64,000 bases of DNA from Desulfatiglandales bacterium (GTDB lineage: Bacteria > Desulfobacterota > DSM-4660 > Desulfatiglandales > Desulfatiglandaceae). Below the pieces are notes generated by a model. It ran no database searches and had not been told where the DNA came from. It was given only the letters and a program-made list of their open reading frames with translations. Positions within the stretch are counted from its first letter, which is position 1. Each line of letters starts with the position of its first letter. The DNA is taken from contig OY759599.1 in the NCBI GenBank assembly GCA_963662465.1, positions 6,368,001 to 6,432,000 on the forward strand, given 5' to 3'. Of this stretch, positions 47,537 to 57,932 are shown one piece after another. The position numbers and the translations under genes are program-made.

Positions 47537-48931
47537 ATGAAATTTCTGGGAATGCGACAAACAAGCTGGAACCGTGGACTTTTGTTCATGGGGGATATCG
47601 CCTTTGTATTGATTGCCACCCAGCTTTCCGCATGGATCAGGTTCGATTCCGCCGATCCGTCCTATCACGTCTTTTCGGCCCATACCGGCGGCGCCACCTT
47701 TACCCTCCTGCTCTACTTGATGGCATTCTATGTGTTTGATCTTTATGATGTTTACCGTCCTGTTCTGTCCCGGGAAACGGCCATGCGAACCACTGCCGCG
47801 GTGAGCATGGCCGGGGTTTTCTTGGCCTTTTTGTTTTATTCATTACCCCATTGGGAATTTGGACGCGGTATTTTTCTCCTGCAGATGGCCTTCGTGTGGT
47901 GTTTTGCCTTTCTATGGCGAAACCTTCTTTCTCGTCTTTATCCATCTACTTCCGGGAAACAGAAGGTTTTGATTTTGGGGGCAGGGGACAGCGGCGTGGC
48001 CTTGCTTCGATTGCTGCGGATGTCCCATTCACCCTATGAGGCCGTGGGTTTTCTGGATGACGATCCTCAAAAAAAGGGCCGGGAGGTTGAGATGCTGCCG
48101 GTTTTGGGAAATACCTTGCAGTTAAAAGAAATCGGAAAAGAAACGGGGGCAACCACTGCATTCCTGGCCATTACCAAAGAAAGGTCCCATGCACTGATTA
48201 AATCCATTTTAACTGCAAGGCTGGATGGTATGACCATCAAAGACTTGCCGGCGGTTTTTGAAGATGTCACCGGAATTGTACCGGTAGAACATATCAGAGA
48301 CGATTGGCTGGTCTTTACGGAAGGTTTCAACCTTATTACAAAACCATACGTTCAAAAAATCAAACGGGTGATAGATTTCGGGATTTCGGGGATGCTGCTT
48401 CTGTTGTCCCTGCCGGTTATTCTGGCTACGATTCTGGCTATTCGGATGGATTCCTCGGGCCCCATTTTTTTCAGCCAGCAACGGGTTGGTAAGGGCGGAA
48501 AACCCTTTACGGCCTGGAAATTCCGTTCCATGAGTCAGGATGCGGAGCGTGACGGCGCCAAATGGGCCTCTAAGGAAGATCCCAGGACAACCCGGGTTGG
48601 TCGTATTATTCGCATTTTCCGCATCGATGAATTGCCCCAGATCTATAACGTATTCCGGGGCGATATGAGTCTCATCGGCCCCAGACCGGAACGCCCTGAA
48701 TTTGTACGGCAACTGGAGGCTGAGATCCCCTATTACGGCATTCGCCATGCCGTCTCTCCCGGCATTACCGGGTGGGCCCAAGTCAACTATCACTATGGCG
48801 CATCCGTCGAGGACTCATTGCGAAAGCTGGAATACGATATCTTTTACATTAAAAACATGAGCCTGCTCCTTGATGCCAAGATTGCGCTTAAAACCATGGG
48901 GGTTGTGGTATTCGGTGAAGGGGCGCGATAA
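47537..48931 (+). CDS. Polyprenyl-phosphate priming sugar transferase
   Basis: TM segments, ILGAG Rossmann motif, KFRSM, DELPQ, GPRPERP, PGITGWAQ. Confidence 0.9.
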   Translation: MKFLGMRQTSWNRGLLFMGDIAFVLIATQLSAWIRFDSADPSYHVFSAHTGGATFTLLLYLMAFYVFDLYDVYRPVLSRETAMRTTAAVSMAGVFLAFLFYSLPHWEFGRGIFLLQMAFVWCFAFLWRNLLSRLYPSTSGKQKVLILGAGDSGVALLRLLRMSHSPYEAVGFLDDDPQKKGREVEMLPVLGNTLQLKEIGKETGATTAFLAITKERSHALIKSILTARLDGMTIKDLPAVFEDVTGIVPVEHIRDDWLVFTEGFNLITKPYVQKIKRVIDFGISGMLLLLSLPVILATILAIRMDSSGPIFFSQQRVGKGGKPFTAWKFRSMSQDAERDGAKWASKEDPRTTRVGRIIRIFRIDELPQIYNVFRGDMSLIGPRPERPEFVRQLEAEIPYYGIRHAVSPGITGWAQVNYHYGASVEDSLRKLEYDIFYIKNMSLLLDAKIALKTMGVVVFGEGAR

Positions 48932-49009
48932 GGAGGGTGCCAAAAAAAAATGGCAGCGTGGGTTACCGCTGCCATCCGTACCATATTCACTAAAACGCCG
49001 GGAAGGGGA

Positions 49010-49447
49010 TCAATTCCGGGTTTGTGCCGCCACAACAAGTTCGAGGGCCTTTTCCTTGATTTCTTGTGCATCCACTCTTTTTTCAATTTCATGGGTGTCA
49101 AACATTCCCTCGAAAGCTTCAAGAGATGCCCGGTCCAGGGCAGCCTCGTAAGCATCTTCCAGCATTTCCATCAGCTCTACCGCTGATAAGTAGTACCCCC
49201 CGGATTTTCTGCGTTTATTGCTGCGCACGATGGCCCTGACGGCATTGCGTATGGAGACTTCCCAGGATCGAGTGGATCGGTTTTCAGCATTGATTTTGAT
49301 CAGGTGAAGGAGCAGGATTTCAAAGAAACTTTCGATTTTGTTGATCTTATCATCCCGGCTCATTTCCTCCATCTCCCCAATCAGGGTTAATGCTTCGGCG
49401 TATCTGCCCTGTTCCACATGGCTTTTTAATTCAAACAGCTCTTCCAT
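49010..49447 (-). CDS. DUF29-family protein
   Basis: EMEEMSR.D, LLLHLIK, TRSW..SI. Confidence 0.8.
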   Translation of the reverse strand: MEELFELKSHVEQGRYAEALTLIGEMEEMSRDDKINKIESFFEILLLHLIKINAENRSTRSWEVSIRNAVRAIVRSNKRRKSGGYYLSAVELMEMLEDAYEAALDRASLEAFEGMFDTHEIEKRVDAQEIKEKALELVVAAQTRN

Positions 49448-49470
49448 TCATGCCTCCCGGAAGTTTTTAA

Positions 49471-50133
49471 CTATAATCCCTCGGCTTTCATGAGTTTGAA
49501 CACCGATTTCCACATGATTCCCAGGTCGTATTTCAGAAGCCTTATGGGGCCGTATGACTGACATCGTTTTAAGTATTCCTCACTCAGGGGCATCAGGTTC
49601 TTGACTTTACCTTTGGATATCTGGGCCGGTCCGGTGATACCCCCTTTGAGATACTTCAGGGCAATATATCCTTCCGACAGGTCTTCATCATAGATGGGGG
49701 GAACATGGGGTCGGGGTCCTACAAAACTCATTTGTCCCAGATAAATGTTCAAAAGCTGTGGCATTTCATCCAGATAACACTGGATCAGGATTTTTCCCAT
49801 AATCGTTGTGTTCTTTTGATCAAACTGAATAAACCATACGGAGTCCTCCGTTACCGCCTTTTGAAGTGCTGAAGTCGTGAGGGTTCTGAATTTGAACAGA
49901 GTGAAGGGTTGTCCCCTGGATACTCTTTTTTCGCGATAGAAAACCGGTCCCCTGGCATTCGTGAAAAACAACCCTTCGATCCACATGCAGCAACCAATGA
50001 AAAAAAACAGCGGGCTTGCCAGCATTAACAATAACCAGGAAATGCACCTATCGACGGTAAATTTCAGATAGAGATTCCTGATAAATCCATTTTCAGCACT
50101 ATATGTTGAAATATTATAAGCGTTATTAGCCAT
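49471..50133 (-). CDS. Small bacterial sugar (phosphoglycosyl) transferase
   Basis: KFRT, LDEMPQ, VGPRP, GITG..Q. Confidence 0.85.
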   Translation of the reverse strand: MANNAYNISTYSAENGFIRNLYLKFTVDRCISWLLLMLASPLFFFIGCCMWIEGLFFTNARGPVFYREKRVSRGQPFTLFKFRTLTTSALQKAVTEDSVWFIQFDQKNTTIMGKILIQCYLDEMPQLLNIYLGQMSFVGPRPHVPPIYDEDLSEGYIALKYLKGGITGPAQISKGKVKNLMPLSEEYLKRCQSYGPIRLLKYDLGIMWKSVFKLMKAEGL

Positions 50134-50139
50134 TTATCA

Positions 50140-50247
50140 TTATCCTTTGGGTCTTGGTCTTCGCCCACTATCTGTCAGGCTGGAAAGCCGGTTATGGGTT
50201 TGATTGATCCACCATATCCAAATGTGTGTATCCAGAAGAAGCATCAC
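50140..50247 (-). pseudogene. Truncated VapC PIN toxin
   Basis: MMLLLDTHIWIWW, then unrelated sequence; stop after 35 aa. Confidence 0.7.
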
Positions 50248-50468
50248 GAAATACCCCAATCATCTTTCGTCGCGGAAGAAAAGATGTCACCTTTTTCAAT
50301 GATCATTCCTTTAAGTTGTTCAGGAGGGCTCCTTTTCCGTAACGGAGGAAGATTTTCCTGGTCCGGAAAAAGCAAGATCAATTCAACACGCTGCTTAGGT
50401 TGTAAAGTAGGCATATCCACAAGCCTACCGGATTCATCCGTAGAGGTAGTAATCCTTTGTGCATGCAT
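50244..50468 (-). CDS. Putative antitoxin
   Basis: 74-aa ORF overlapping the start of the PIN remnant. Confidence 0.6.
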   Translation of the reverse strand: MHAQRITTSTDESGRLVDMPTLQPKQRVELILLFPDQENLPPLRKRSPPEQLKGMIIEKGDIFSSATKDDWGIS

Positions 50469-50584
50469 AATTTAGCCTCCAAGAATTAGAAACTATATTG
50501 TAGAAAAATTAAAAGAAATTGACAGAATTTATAAGCTGTTCCTCTAAACCGGTCAATATGGATTCAATGACGTAAGGAAAAACC

Positions 50585-51691
50585 CTAAAGTTCATCGCAA
50601 AATGCTTTCAGGCCCAAAGCGACAATCGGGCCTTGAGGTTGGTATTCGCCCGTTACCGGATTGTAAGAAAAGAGGTTGTTTCGAACCAGGATTCCCAGTT
50701 CTTCCTTTAGTTTGGCACGATCAAATTTCCCCATGAGGTCTTTTTCATGAAAAAGCCCTGCATTTCGAAGGATTTCATGAATGGAAACAAAAAGGTCATA
50801 GTCGTAAGATTTTCCGAGATAGTCCTGAAACCGGTTCTTCCAGGCCGCAACTTCTTTTTGTGCTTCATTTTCCAGGAAAATATCCTCTATTCGGTTGCCC
50901 ACGGCACCAGCCATAAGTGTCGATAAAAAGCTGCTAACCTCCCAGACACTGCCGCCAAAATAGTGCCAGATCCTCTCAATTTGGGAGTCTGAGAGAACAA
51001 GATCCGTTATCCCGGACTCACGATACAAATTATTCAGCCAATAGAGCATATCGTCCTTCTTAAGATAGGCTATTTCGTAGAATTTGCTTGTTTTCGTTAG
51101 CTTACTGTCAGAATAAATACGTTCGATAAAATAACCATCAGAACTGGCAATGATTACATGGCATAAATGTGATTCTTTTGTTATGGCAACAAAAAAATTG
51201 AATAACTCTCTTATTAATTCCCTCTGACCATTCATGTATATCCCTTCGAGGGCTTGTAATTCATCAATCACGATTAAGGGCCTGATGTTTTTTGATGCCA
51301 GTTTTATAAGTTCTCTCTTCATAATGACAAAAGGATCCAGCTCTTTTTGTTTAAGGCCTTTTTGTACCTCCGTTGTTAGTTTGAAAACTTTCAGGTTATA
51401 CTCTCGCTTTTCTTTTATATCTTCTTTGCCCTTCGAATAGTCAATTTCAAAGAAAGTTTGGATAAAATCCTTATAGTTACAAATCAGAATTTCGCGGAGA
51501 TTGAAATGTTTTACGTCCCAATTTCCAGGGCTCAGGCTATTTTTTATAAACCGGTTAAGGAGGGTGGTTTTTCCACTGGATTTAGGACCGAAAAGAAAAA
51601 GAATGTTCTCGGGTTGTTCCTTAATCCATCGATTCAGGAATTTGAGTTCATCCTCGCGGTTAATAAATGCAGCTTTTTTCGTCCATTCCAT
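50585..51691 (-). CDS. Archaeal-type (STAND-like) P-loop ATPase
   Basis: FINREDEL, GPKSSGKTT, VIDELQ, YFGG. Confidence 0.8.
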   Translation of the reverse strand: MEWTKKAAFINREDELKFLNRWIKEQPENILFLFGPKSSGKTTLLNRFIKNSLSPGNWDVKHFNLREILICNYKDFIQTFFEIDYSKGKEDIKEKREYNLKVFKLTTEVQKGLKQKELDPFVIMKRELIKLASKNIRPLIVIDELQALEGIYMNGQRELIRELFNFFVAITKESHLCHVIIASSDGYFIERIYSDSKLTKTSKFYEIAYLKKDDMLYWLNNLYRESGITDLVLSDSQIERIWHYFGGSVWEVSSFLSTLMAGAVGNRIEDIFLENEAQKEVAAWKNRFQDYLGKSYDYDLFVSIHEILRNAGLFHEKDLMGKFDRAKLKEELGILVRNNLFSYNPVTGEYQPQGPIVALGLKAFCDEL

Positions 51692-51748
51692 ATTCTATTC
51701 GTATTGTGTTAATTTTTTTGACAGGATTTATAAAAATGACAGAAGGGT

Positions 51749-52195
51749 CTATTCATAAGGGAGGATCTCTTCATCCTTTACCGCCATTTTCAATGCTTGC
51801 TGAATGATTCGATCTTTTTGAATTTTCGCTGCAAGTTCCGATTCACTGATCATTCCTTCAAATACTTCGAAGGCGGCATTTTTTAGTGCCCTGTCATATG
51901 CATCCCGACATGCCTGCTCCAATTCTGTTTCGTTCAGATAATATCCTCCTGATTTTCTTCTTTTATTCGTCAATCGTATTCCTTCAACAGCGTTATAGAT
52001 CGATTGATTCCAGGACCGCGTTGTGCGGTTTTCGGCCTGTTGTTTGATTAGGTGCATCTGAAGGATTAGAAAATAGCGCAGTATTCTATTGATCTTATCG
52101 TCTTTGCTCATCTCCTCCATCTCTCCAATCAAATTCAAGGCATCGTCATAATGCCCCTGCTCGATATACGTTCGCAGTTCATGCAGCTCTTCCAT
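51749..52195 (-). CDS. DUF29-family protein (paralog of 49010-49447)
   Basis: MEEL.EL...LIGEMEEMSKDDKIN...NKRRKSGGYYL shared with the paralog. Confidence 0.8.
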   Translation of the reverse strand: MEELHELRTYIEQGHYDDALNLIGEMEEMSKDDKINRILRYFLILQMHLIKQQAENRTTRSWNQSIYNAVEGIRLTNKRRKSGGYYLNETELEQACRDAYDRALKNAAFEVFEGMISESELAAKIQKDRIIQQALKMAVKDEEILPYE

Positions 52196-52284
52196 TTAAG
52201 TACTCCTGTAACCTTTTTGATCCGCGGCCTTCGCGGATTTCCGGTGGGCCTTGGTCATCGTTTCGGCCAACGTCGATATTGCTT

Positions 52285-52343
52285 GTAGGGGCAGACCTGT
52301 GTGTCTGCCCAGGTAAAGGGCGAACACACAGGTTCGCCCCTAC
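52285..52343. repeat. Inverted pair of GTAG-type REP hairpins
   Basis: GTAGGGGCAGACCTGTGTGTCTGCCC ... GGGCGAACACACAGGTTCGCCCCTAC. Confidence 0.8.
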
Positions 52344-52369
52344 ATTTGGTGGCCGAAAGGATGATCAAG

Positions 52370-52518
52370 GCCATCATTTGCAACGTCCGTTCTACGATCC
52401 TCTGCGTCTTCCAGTCGTCTGCATAGGCTTGCACGGTTATAGACGCATATTCCCCGATCTGTTTCAGGTATTCGTCCAACGTGGACAGTTTTCTGAGTAT
52501 GAGGGTCTTATCAACCAT
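52370..52518 (-). pseudogene. hepT: Truncated HepT/DUF86 toxin
   Basis: MVDKTLILRKL...QRIVERTLQ, then unrelated sequence; no HEPN RxxxxH motif. Confidence 0.75.
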
Positions 52519-52525
52519 CTAAGTA

Positions 52526-52666
52526 GTGCCTTAAAGAAAACTCAAAAATATAGTTTTCCAATTTTGATTGGAGATTTACAAATAACTGAGCTTGTTCCTT
52601 GTTTTTAACTTAAAACTTAAAACCTAAAACTTAAAACCGTGTCTGAACGGCGTTTTCGTTCAGACA
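52526..52666. mobile_element. 141-bp MITE-like insertion flanked by 7-bp direct repeats
   Basis: CTAAGTA at 52519-52525 and 52667-52673; removal restores the mntA/hepT overlap. Confidence 0.6.
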
Positions 52667-53060
52667 CTAAGTACCGTTGCTCCAGAATTCGGTTTTCTAT
52701 TTTTGAGAAATCCATATAAGCCCGCATGGTTCTTGACTCGAAGATGTTGCGGACAAAAGGGAGATTGTCAGCCAGAATCACTCTGCTTCTGATGACCCTT
52801 GCCTTGAGGCCTTCCGAAGCGGTGTTCAAAATGACCAGGTCGATATCGTCCGTGCGCAGGATATCTATCAGATCACCCAGGATTTCCAGTCGTTTCTCTG
52901 AAAACGGTCCTTCTGTGAGATGAACGGCTATGTCCACGTCGCTGAACGGGGTGGGTACTCCCCTGGCCCGGCTTCCAAAGAGATAGGCAAAGGAAATATC
53001 ATCTCGTCCATTGAGGTAATTCTTGACAGCAAGCAAGTTTTCAGGAAGAGTTGCATTCAT
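52617..53060 (-). CDS. mntA: MntA-like minimal nucleotidyltransferase antitoxin
   Basis: YLFGSRARG...SDVDIAV, IDLVILN. Confidence 0.85.
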   Translation of the reverse strand: MNATLPENLLAVKNYLNGRDDISFAYLFGSRARGVPTPFSDVDIAVHLTEGPFSEKRLEILGDLIDILRTDDIDLVILNTASEGLKARVIRSRVILADNLPFVRNIFESRTMRAYMDFSKIENRILEQRYLVSERKRRSDTVLSFRF

Positions 53061-53237
53061 AGAGGGCGTTAAAGTACAGCTCCATCGCCTGATTTACATG
53101 GCGATGGAACGGTTTCTCCAAGGTACTACAAATACTTATGGTCGATTATGATGAAATAATGATCTTTACCGCATCATGGAGCTTGCCCTATGAATTGTCA
53201 AGGTCTTCCTGTTGAACGACCATGATGCACCTGACGG

Positions 53238-53621
53238 TCATGGAGACTGGGGGAGCAAGACATCAACAATATCTCTCTTGATGGGGCTCACATCGGCTGC
53301 GTAGATCAGCAGTCCTCTTCCAAAGCAGTGGGCAAGACGGCAGAGAATCCCTTTATACTCCTTCCCCTCAAAGACAAAGGTCACCTCGGTTTCACTGTGG
53401 TCCGTCAGCCATTTGGAAAGGGTTTCCCTATCGGCGCTGTTGGCGTGATGAAGGAGAAGATACCGAATCCCATTCAGTTTGGCCGAAGAACTCTTAAGGG
53501 AATCGGATGATTCCATGACTTCGCACGGGAGTCTCATTTCCTCTTGACAGAATCCCGAGGATGCAGCGAAAAAGGACATGAGCGTACATACTACCAAAAA
53601 TAGCCATTTTCTCACAAACAT
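53238..53621 (-). CDS. Exported hypothetical protein
   Basis: Signal-like N-terminus, GGAG SD. Confidence 0.6.
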   Translation of the reverse strand: MFVRKWLFLVVCTLMSFFAASSGFCQEEMRLPCEVMESSDSLKSSSAKLNGIRYLLLHHANSADRETLSKWLTDHSETEVTFVFEGKEYKGILCRLAHCFGRGLLIYAADVSPIKRDIVDVLLPQSP

Positions 53622-53770
53622 GATTCAACTCCTTTCTTATCTTTTTTCCCAGTCCCGCTAAAGACGGGGGCTTCGACTTCCCAGCATTTGTTGTTATCTC
53701 TCTTTGCGGCTTTGCGCCTTTGCGCGAGGATTTTTAGAATTTTAGGACGTCCCCTGCTTTACAAATAGAC

Positions 53771-54538
53771 TTACAACCTGAATATCTCATCCATTTTGTT
53801 GGCTGTGAGAATTTGTTTTCCCCATCTCAACAGAGTTTCACTGTCAGCCGATTGAACCCTTTTTCGATCTATCAGGCTCATTTGTCCAAATTTCATCTCA
53901 ATAAGCTTTAAAAGAATGTTCGCTTCACCCTCCTTCCGGCCTTCGTTCCGGCCTTTCTTCAGGCCTTTCTTCAGGCCTTCGTTCCGGCCTTTCTTCAGGC
54001 CTTCTTTCAGCCCATCCCTCTTCCATTCTTCTTTCCATTCCGCAACGGTTTCAGCCAGCATGGCACGTACCTCCGTCAGTTCTTCAAATTCAGGGGGTAT
54101 CATTTCCTTTCCTCGGGACGGAAAAAATACCCGATTAAACCATACCGTAAAGGCGCGTCTCAAACTCGCCTGTTCGGGCGCTGCCAGCCAATCTAACAGC
54201 GCTGTTACCACCTCCCTGATCCGTTCCGGGTCCCGGCTGTTTTCCAAACGGAACAGGGCCGAAACAAGATTCTTAAGCGGTTTCAGATCTTCATCCCGGT
54301 AAACACCTTCGTCATGGGAATTTGGGCTTTCTGCCCATGCCGGGTCTTTCACGATTACGGTCGTTATTTGCGCCTCAGGCTCAAAAGGTATTTCCATCGC
54401 AAGCATATCTTCAGCCCCAATTTTTAATGAGTCAACCAAGTCCTTTCGAGTCTTTTCTTGCGCATTTACACCTGGTAAATCAACTAGCCAACCAATCCAC
54501 CAGTCGCCTGATTTTTTAATGATCGCTCTAAATTTTAT
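53771..54538 (-). pseudogene. In-frame chimera of a HicB-like antitoxin (ATA start) and an Rpn/DUF4351-type C-terminal half
   Basis: IKFRAIIKKSGDWWIGWLVDLPGVNAQEKT...(HicB) reads into DEGVY...NLVSALFRLE...SLRRAFTVW...EG repeats...KFG. Confidence 0.65.
53931..54014. repeat. 12-bp coding tandem repeats (GLKK/GRNE)
   Basis: Repeating ccttcgttccgg / cctttcttcagg units. Confidence 0.8.
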
Positions 54539-54540
54539 GT

Positions 54541-54726
54541 CTACCTCACAAAAGGAATGTTCAGATCCTTACAGATTTTTCGAGCCAATTCATCCACCAC
54601 ATGCCTGTGTCTCGGGACTTCAGTTTTTAGTAGTCCTCTTTGGAATATGCTATGACGGCTACCCTCCCGCGCAAGAAATGCATCGTAGTTCTTGAGATGA
54701 GTTGATTTCTTTTCACGGTTATCCAT
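54541..54726 (-). CDS. hicA: HicA-like toxin (N-terminus possibly altered)
   Basis: REGSRHSIF...VPRH...LARKICKDL. Confidence 0.7.
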   Translation of the reverse strand: MDNREKKSTHLKNYDAFLAREGSRHSIFQRGLLKTEVPRHRHVVDELARKICKDLNIPFVR

Positions 54727-54909
54727 GTTTTCCGGGAAAGGTGAATTGTACTGGAAGGCTGTATAGAAGCACAGGGCTCGCAGGCTTAGGTGAAGAGTTT
54801 TCGGAACGCACCCTTTCGGTAAGTGCGTCCTCCAGGAATACCCCTCCCCATAGAACCGTTTAACGGGATGAAATGGGGGCAAATGAAGCAACTATTCACG
54901 TTTGTCTTC

Positions 54910-55128
54910 TCATTTTTCAAAAACATCTGCAGGCAGATCAAATTTCTTTATCAGGTCTTCAAGTGCGTATGGCAAGATTGTTGTTTTCTTGCCATGGGAT
55001 TTAACAGGGTAACTTCTATCTGTTTCAGGATCATAGAATTTGGGATGTCTGCCTTTTCCTGAAACATAGACTATGCCGTATCTCTTGAGTGAGTTAATTA
55101 CTTTTCTTAATTCCAGAGCTTTAGGCAT
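54910..55128 (-). CDS. HicA-like toxin
   Basis: GKGRHPKF...YPVKSHG. Confidence 0.65.
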   Translation of the reverse strand: MPKALELRKVINSLKRYGIVYVSGKGRHPKFYDPETDRSYPVKSHGKKTTILPYALEDLIKKFDLPADVFEK

Positions 55129-55501
55129 AATGTATTTCGGTTGAAAATTCAGACATATTCGCGCTCGAAACGGAGCTAAACGTCTTTTTTAGCGATTTTT
55201 TCAACTGCCGTTTTAACTGCCTTGATTCCAACTCATTATACATCCTCCAATACTTCCCATGCGCGGGGTCAAATATCTTATCAACCGCATTGTTCTCGAC
55301 TGCTGTCAGGACGTACTCTTTTATCGATTCGGCCAAGGCATATAGAGCCTTGCTCTCATTCTCTCCATGGGAAGAAATTGTAAAATCAAGACAACGAGCA
55401 ACAGTGACATCGTCCTCTCTTGTTATGAGAATGTGGAGTATCGGACTTTCCCATAAGTTGCCAACTTTGATCTTTATTCTATCTGCTCTTTCACCTTTCA
55501 T
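55121..55501 (-). CDS. HicB-like antitoxin
   Basis: VARCLDF.ISSHG.....AL..L.E; overlaps the toxin start. Confidence 0.6.
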   Translation of the reverse strand: MKGERADRIKIKVGNLWESPILHILITREDDVTVARCLDFTISSHGENESKALYALAESIKEYVLTAVENNAVDKIFDPAHGKYWRMYNELESRQLKRQLKKSLKKTFSSVSSANMSEFSTEIHYA

Positions 55502-55684
55502 GGTTCCCTCGTACTGTCGCAGCAATTTCCGCTGAACATATAACTCATTGAATCCTATAGCTTTTTACAAAGTCCGCTTCGAAAGCATTTTGACATCAAG
55601 TTAAGTTTTTTCAATAAGTTAGGTCGTTTTACTCCGGGAATTGCTGAACATTTCTGTAAAGGGTCTTTTGAGAATGATGTCAAG

Positions 55685-56836
55685 TCATTTTTTCCCTTTA
55701 TTCAGAACAGATATGACGGTTTCAGGTTCAAAAGTCAATCCTGTGGTTAAATTGCAACCATGGATGCAGCAGCACCTGCTAATGCGTTTTCGCATATTCG
55801 CGGCATCATCACACTTCCACAATCTTTTGAAATCATAATCAAATTGCCTAATATTCGCAAAAGGTTTTGACAATTCACAAAATGAAACATCTCCATCTGC
55901 AAACAGTACCGATTCCATAAAGCGGGCATAACAAGGAATTTCAGACTTGTGCTCCTCAAGCATCTTGATCGACAATTCCCAGATTCGTTGTTGACGGGAC
56001 GGCCAGAAATGGAAGTTGTTGTCGTCGCTCATTTTTTTTAGCAAAGTGTATACACCTTTAATACTTTCCAATGAAAGGAAGGCACTGTTTTGATCCTTGG
56101 GATCAAAACCGCTGTAAGTGCTTATTGGTAAATTGAAAACACCAAAGTTTCCTCCTCTGACAATATTGAACCGCAAAGGGATATTCAACGGCAAAAGATA
56201 TTCAACATACTCTTTAAGCTCCGGAAGATTACTCTTTTGAACCGCCAAAGCTGTCTTTAATTGAAGATGAGGGTGATGCTCACCAATCTTTTTCAGTTCC
56301 ATAATTGTAATCATTGCTTTTTGAAAAGAACCTTTCACTCCCCTGATGGCATCATGGGTTCCTTCCAGGCCATCTAACGAAACCTGAACACTGAGACTTG
56401 ACAAATTGCCGGCCTCAAGAACAGAACGAATTGTTTCAACGATATTTTCAGTCAGCGTACCGTTTGTTGCAATGCCCACTTCCCGTGTCCCACATCCTGC
56501 ATGAAAGGCCTCGATGATTTCCTTGAGATCCTTTCTAAGAAAAGGCTCTCCTCCCGTCAGAGACAGAGAAACGGGATGCATAAAGGATTGCGCAATTTTC
56601 CTGATTTCGTCAATGGATAATTCCGTGTCTGAAGCCGTATTGAGTTCTCGCCAATAGAAACAATGGCTGCAGCGAAGGTTGCATCGAGAGGTCACAAAAA
56701 AAATCAATGCGACCGGGGTTTCCAACTGTTGAACCCATTTCTTTTTGTGATTGCAATAGGCTCTGGCAATGGGAAGCTGAACAAAATGTGGCAGTTTGGA
56801 AAATATTTCTTTTTTGTTGGGGGGCGATGGAAGCAT
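55685..56836 (-). CDS. Radical SAM/SPASM-Twitch protein
   Basis: CNLRCSHC, TGGEPF, C-terminal Cys cluster. Confidence 0.88.
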   Translation of the reverse strand: MLPSPPNKKEIFSKLPHFVQLPIARAYCNHKKKWVQQLETPVALIFFVTSRCNLRCSHCFYWRELNTASDTELSIDEIRKIAQSFMHPVSLSLTGGEPFLRKDLKEIIEAFHAGCGTREVGIATNGTLTENIVETIRSVLEAGNLSSLSVQVSLDGLEGTHDAIRGVKGSFQKAMITIMELKKIGEHHPHLQLKTALAVQKSNLPELKEYVEYLLPLNIPLRFNIVRGGNFGVFNLPISTYSGFDPKDQNSAFLSLESIKGVYTLLKKMSDDNNFHFWPSRQQRIWELSIKMLEEHKSEIPCYARFMESVLFADGDVSFCELSKPFANIRQFDYDFKRLWKCDDAANMRKRISRCCCIHGCNLTTGLTFEPETVISVLNKGKK

Positions 56837-56839
56837 TTT

Positions 56840-57904
56840 TTATGACCTTTTGGTTAGCGATTTAATATCAATGGGCAAAACGTCGAGCGATGGATTACCT
56901 GAAAAAAAGATTTCATTTTCAAACCGTTCCATTTCCTGGTCACACAAAAAATCGACATTTCTGAGTTTTTTAAGTTCAGCATAGTTTGATATGTTCACCC
57001 CATATGCCTTCAATAGAAAATACCCTCCAAAATAGTTTTCAGGCACCAATTTGATATTATTACGCTTCTTGATAAATATTTTTGGCGCCAGAGCGAGATA
57101 AAATAAAACAAAGTTGGAGAAATCCATCATGAAAACAAAAAGGTTTCTTGGAAAGGAAAAATGTTTCAGATTGAACCGAACACGGGTCCGATGGTAACGA
57201 AGGGTTTCGTCCGCATACCTGCCCAGCGTTGATTTATGGTGATGAACGCCCAGTGGGAAGCTTACTCTGTTAACATATCCTTTTTTCAGAATTCGAAAGC
57301 CGAAATCCGTATCTTCCCCCCCGAATTTGTAGTAGGGGTCAAAACCGCCAACCTCAAAGGCCACTTCCTTTCTTACCATACAGTTGCAGGTGGCCAGATA
57401 GGTGCATTCCTTCATCTGATTTTCGGTCTTTTCATCCTTTCTTGAAATGACGTCATGATTTCGGCCGAAGAAATCTCTTCTTATGCCTTTCGCTACATCC
57501 ATCATGTTCCGATACACCGGAATTTCACCCCCGATTTCTCCAATGCTTCGGTCCTGGGATAAGGTTTCAACCATCCGTCGAACCATATCCTTTTTTGGAA
57601 GAATCACATCGCTGTCCAGAAAAAGGATGAATTCTCCCCGTGCTACCCTCAAACCCAGATTTCTAAGATGGGAAGGTCCGTAACGACGGGCACATGAGAT
57701 CAAACGAACATCCGGATAGTTTAGCCTGAGAAAGGCAATGGTATCATCTTCACTGCAATCGTCCACAACGATGATTTCAAGGGCGGCCGAAGTTTGGGCC
57801 AGTAAGGAATCGATGCACCGGCAGAGATCATATTTCCTGTTAAATGACGGGATGATAACGGAAACCAACGTTTTGGTTGTGTTTTCAGGCATGCGGTTTA
57901 TCAT
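56840..57904 (-). CDS. Glycosyltransferase family 2
   Basis: VSVIIPSFN, VVDDCS.D, FLDSD, GGFD...EDTD; start uncertain. Confidence 0.9.
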   Translation of the reverse strand: MINRMPENTTKTLVSVIIPSFNRKYDLCRCIDSLLAQTSAALEIIVVDDCSEDDTIAFLRLNYPDVRLISCARRYGPSHLRNLGLRVARGEFILFLDSDVILPKKDMVRRMVETLSQDRSIGEIGGEIPVYRNMMDVAKGIRRDFFGRNHDVISRKDEKTENQMKECTYLATCNCMVRKEVAFEVGGFDPYYKFGGEDTDFGFRILKKGYVNRVSFPLGVHHHKSTLGRYADETLRYHRTRVRFNLKHFSFPRNLFVFMMDFSNFVLFYLALAPKIFIKKRNNIKLVPENYFGGYFLLKAYGVNISNYAELKKLRNVDFLCDQEMERFENEIFFSGNPSLDVLPIDIKSLTKRS

Positions 57905-57932
57905 GACAATTGTTTCAAATACATTTCCTTGT

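Noticed and set aside
53931..54014. Possible CRISPR-like repeats
   Set aside because: These are 12-bp coding repeats without spacers; no CRISPR array or cas gene was seen in the window.
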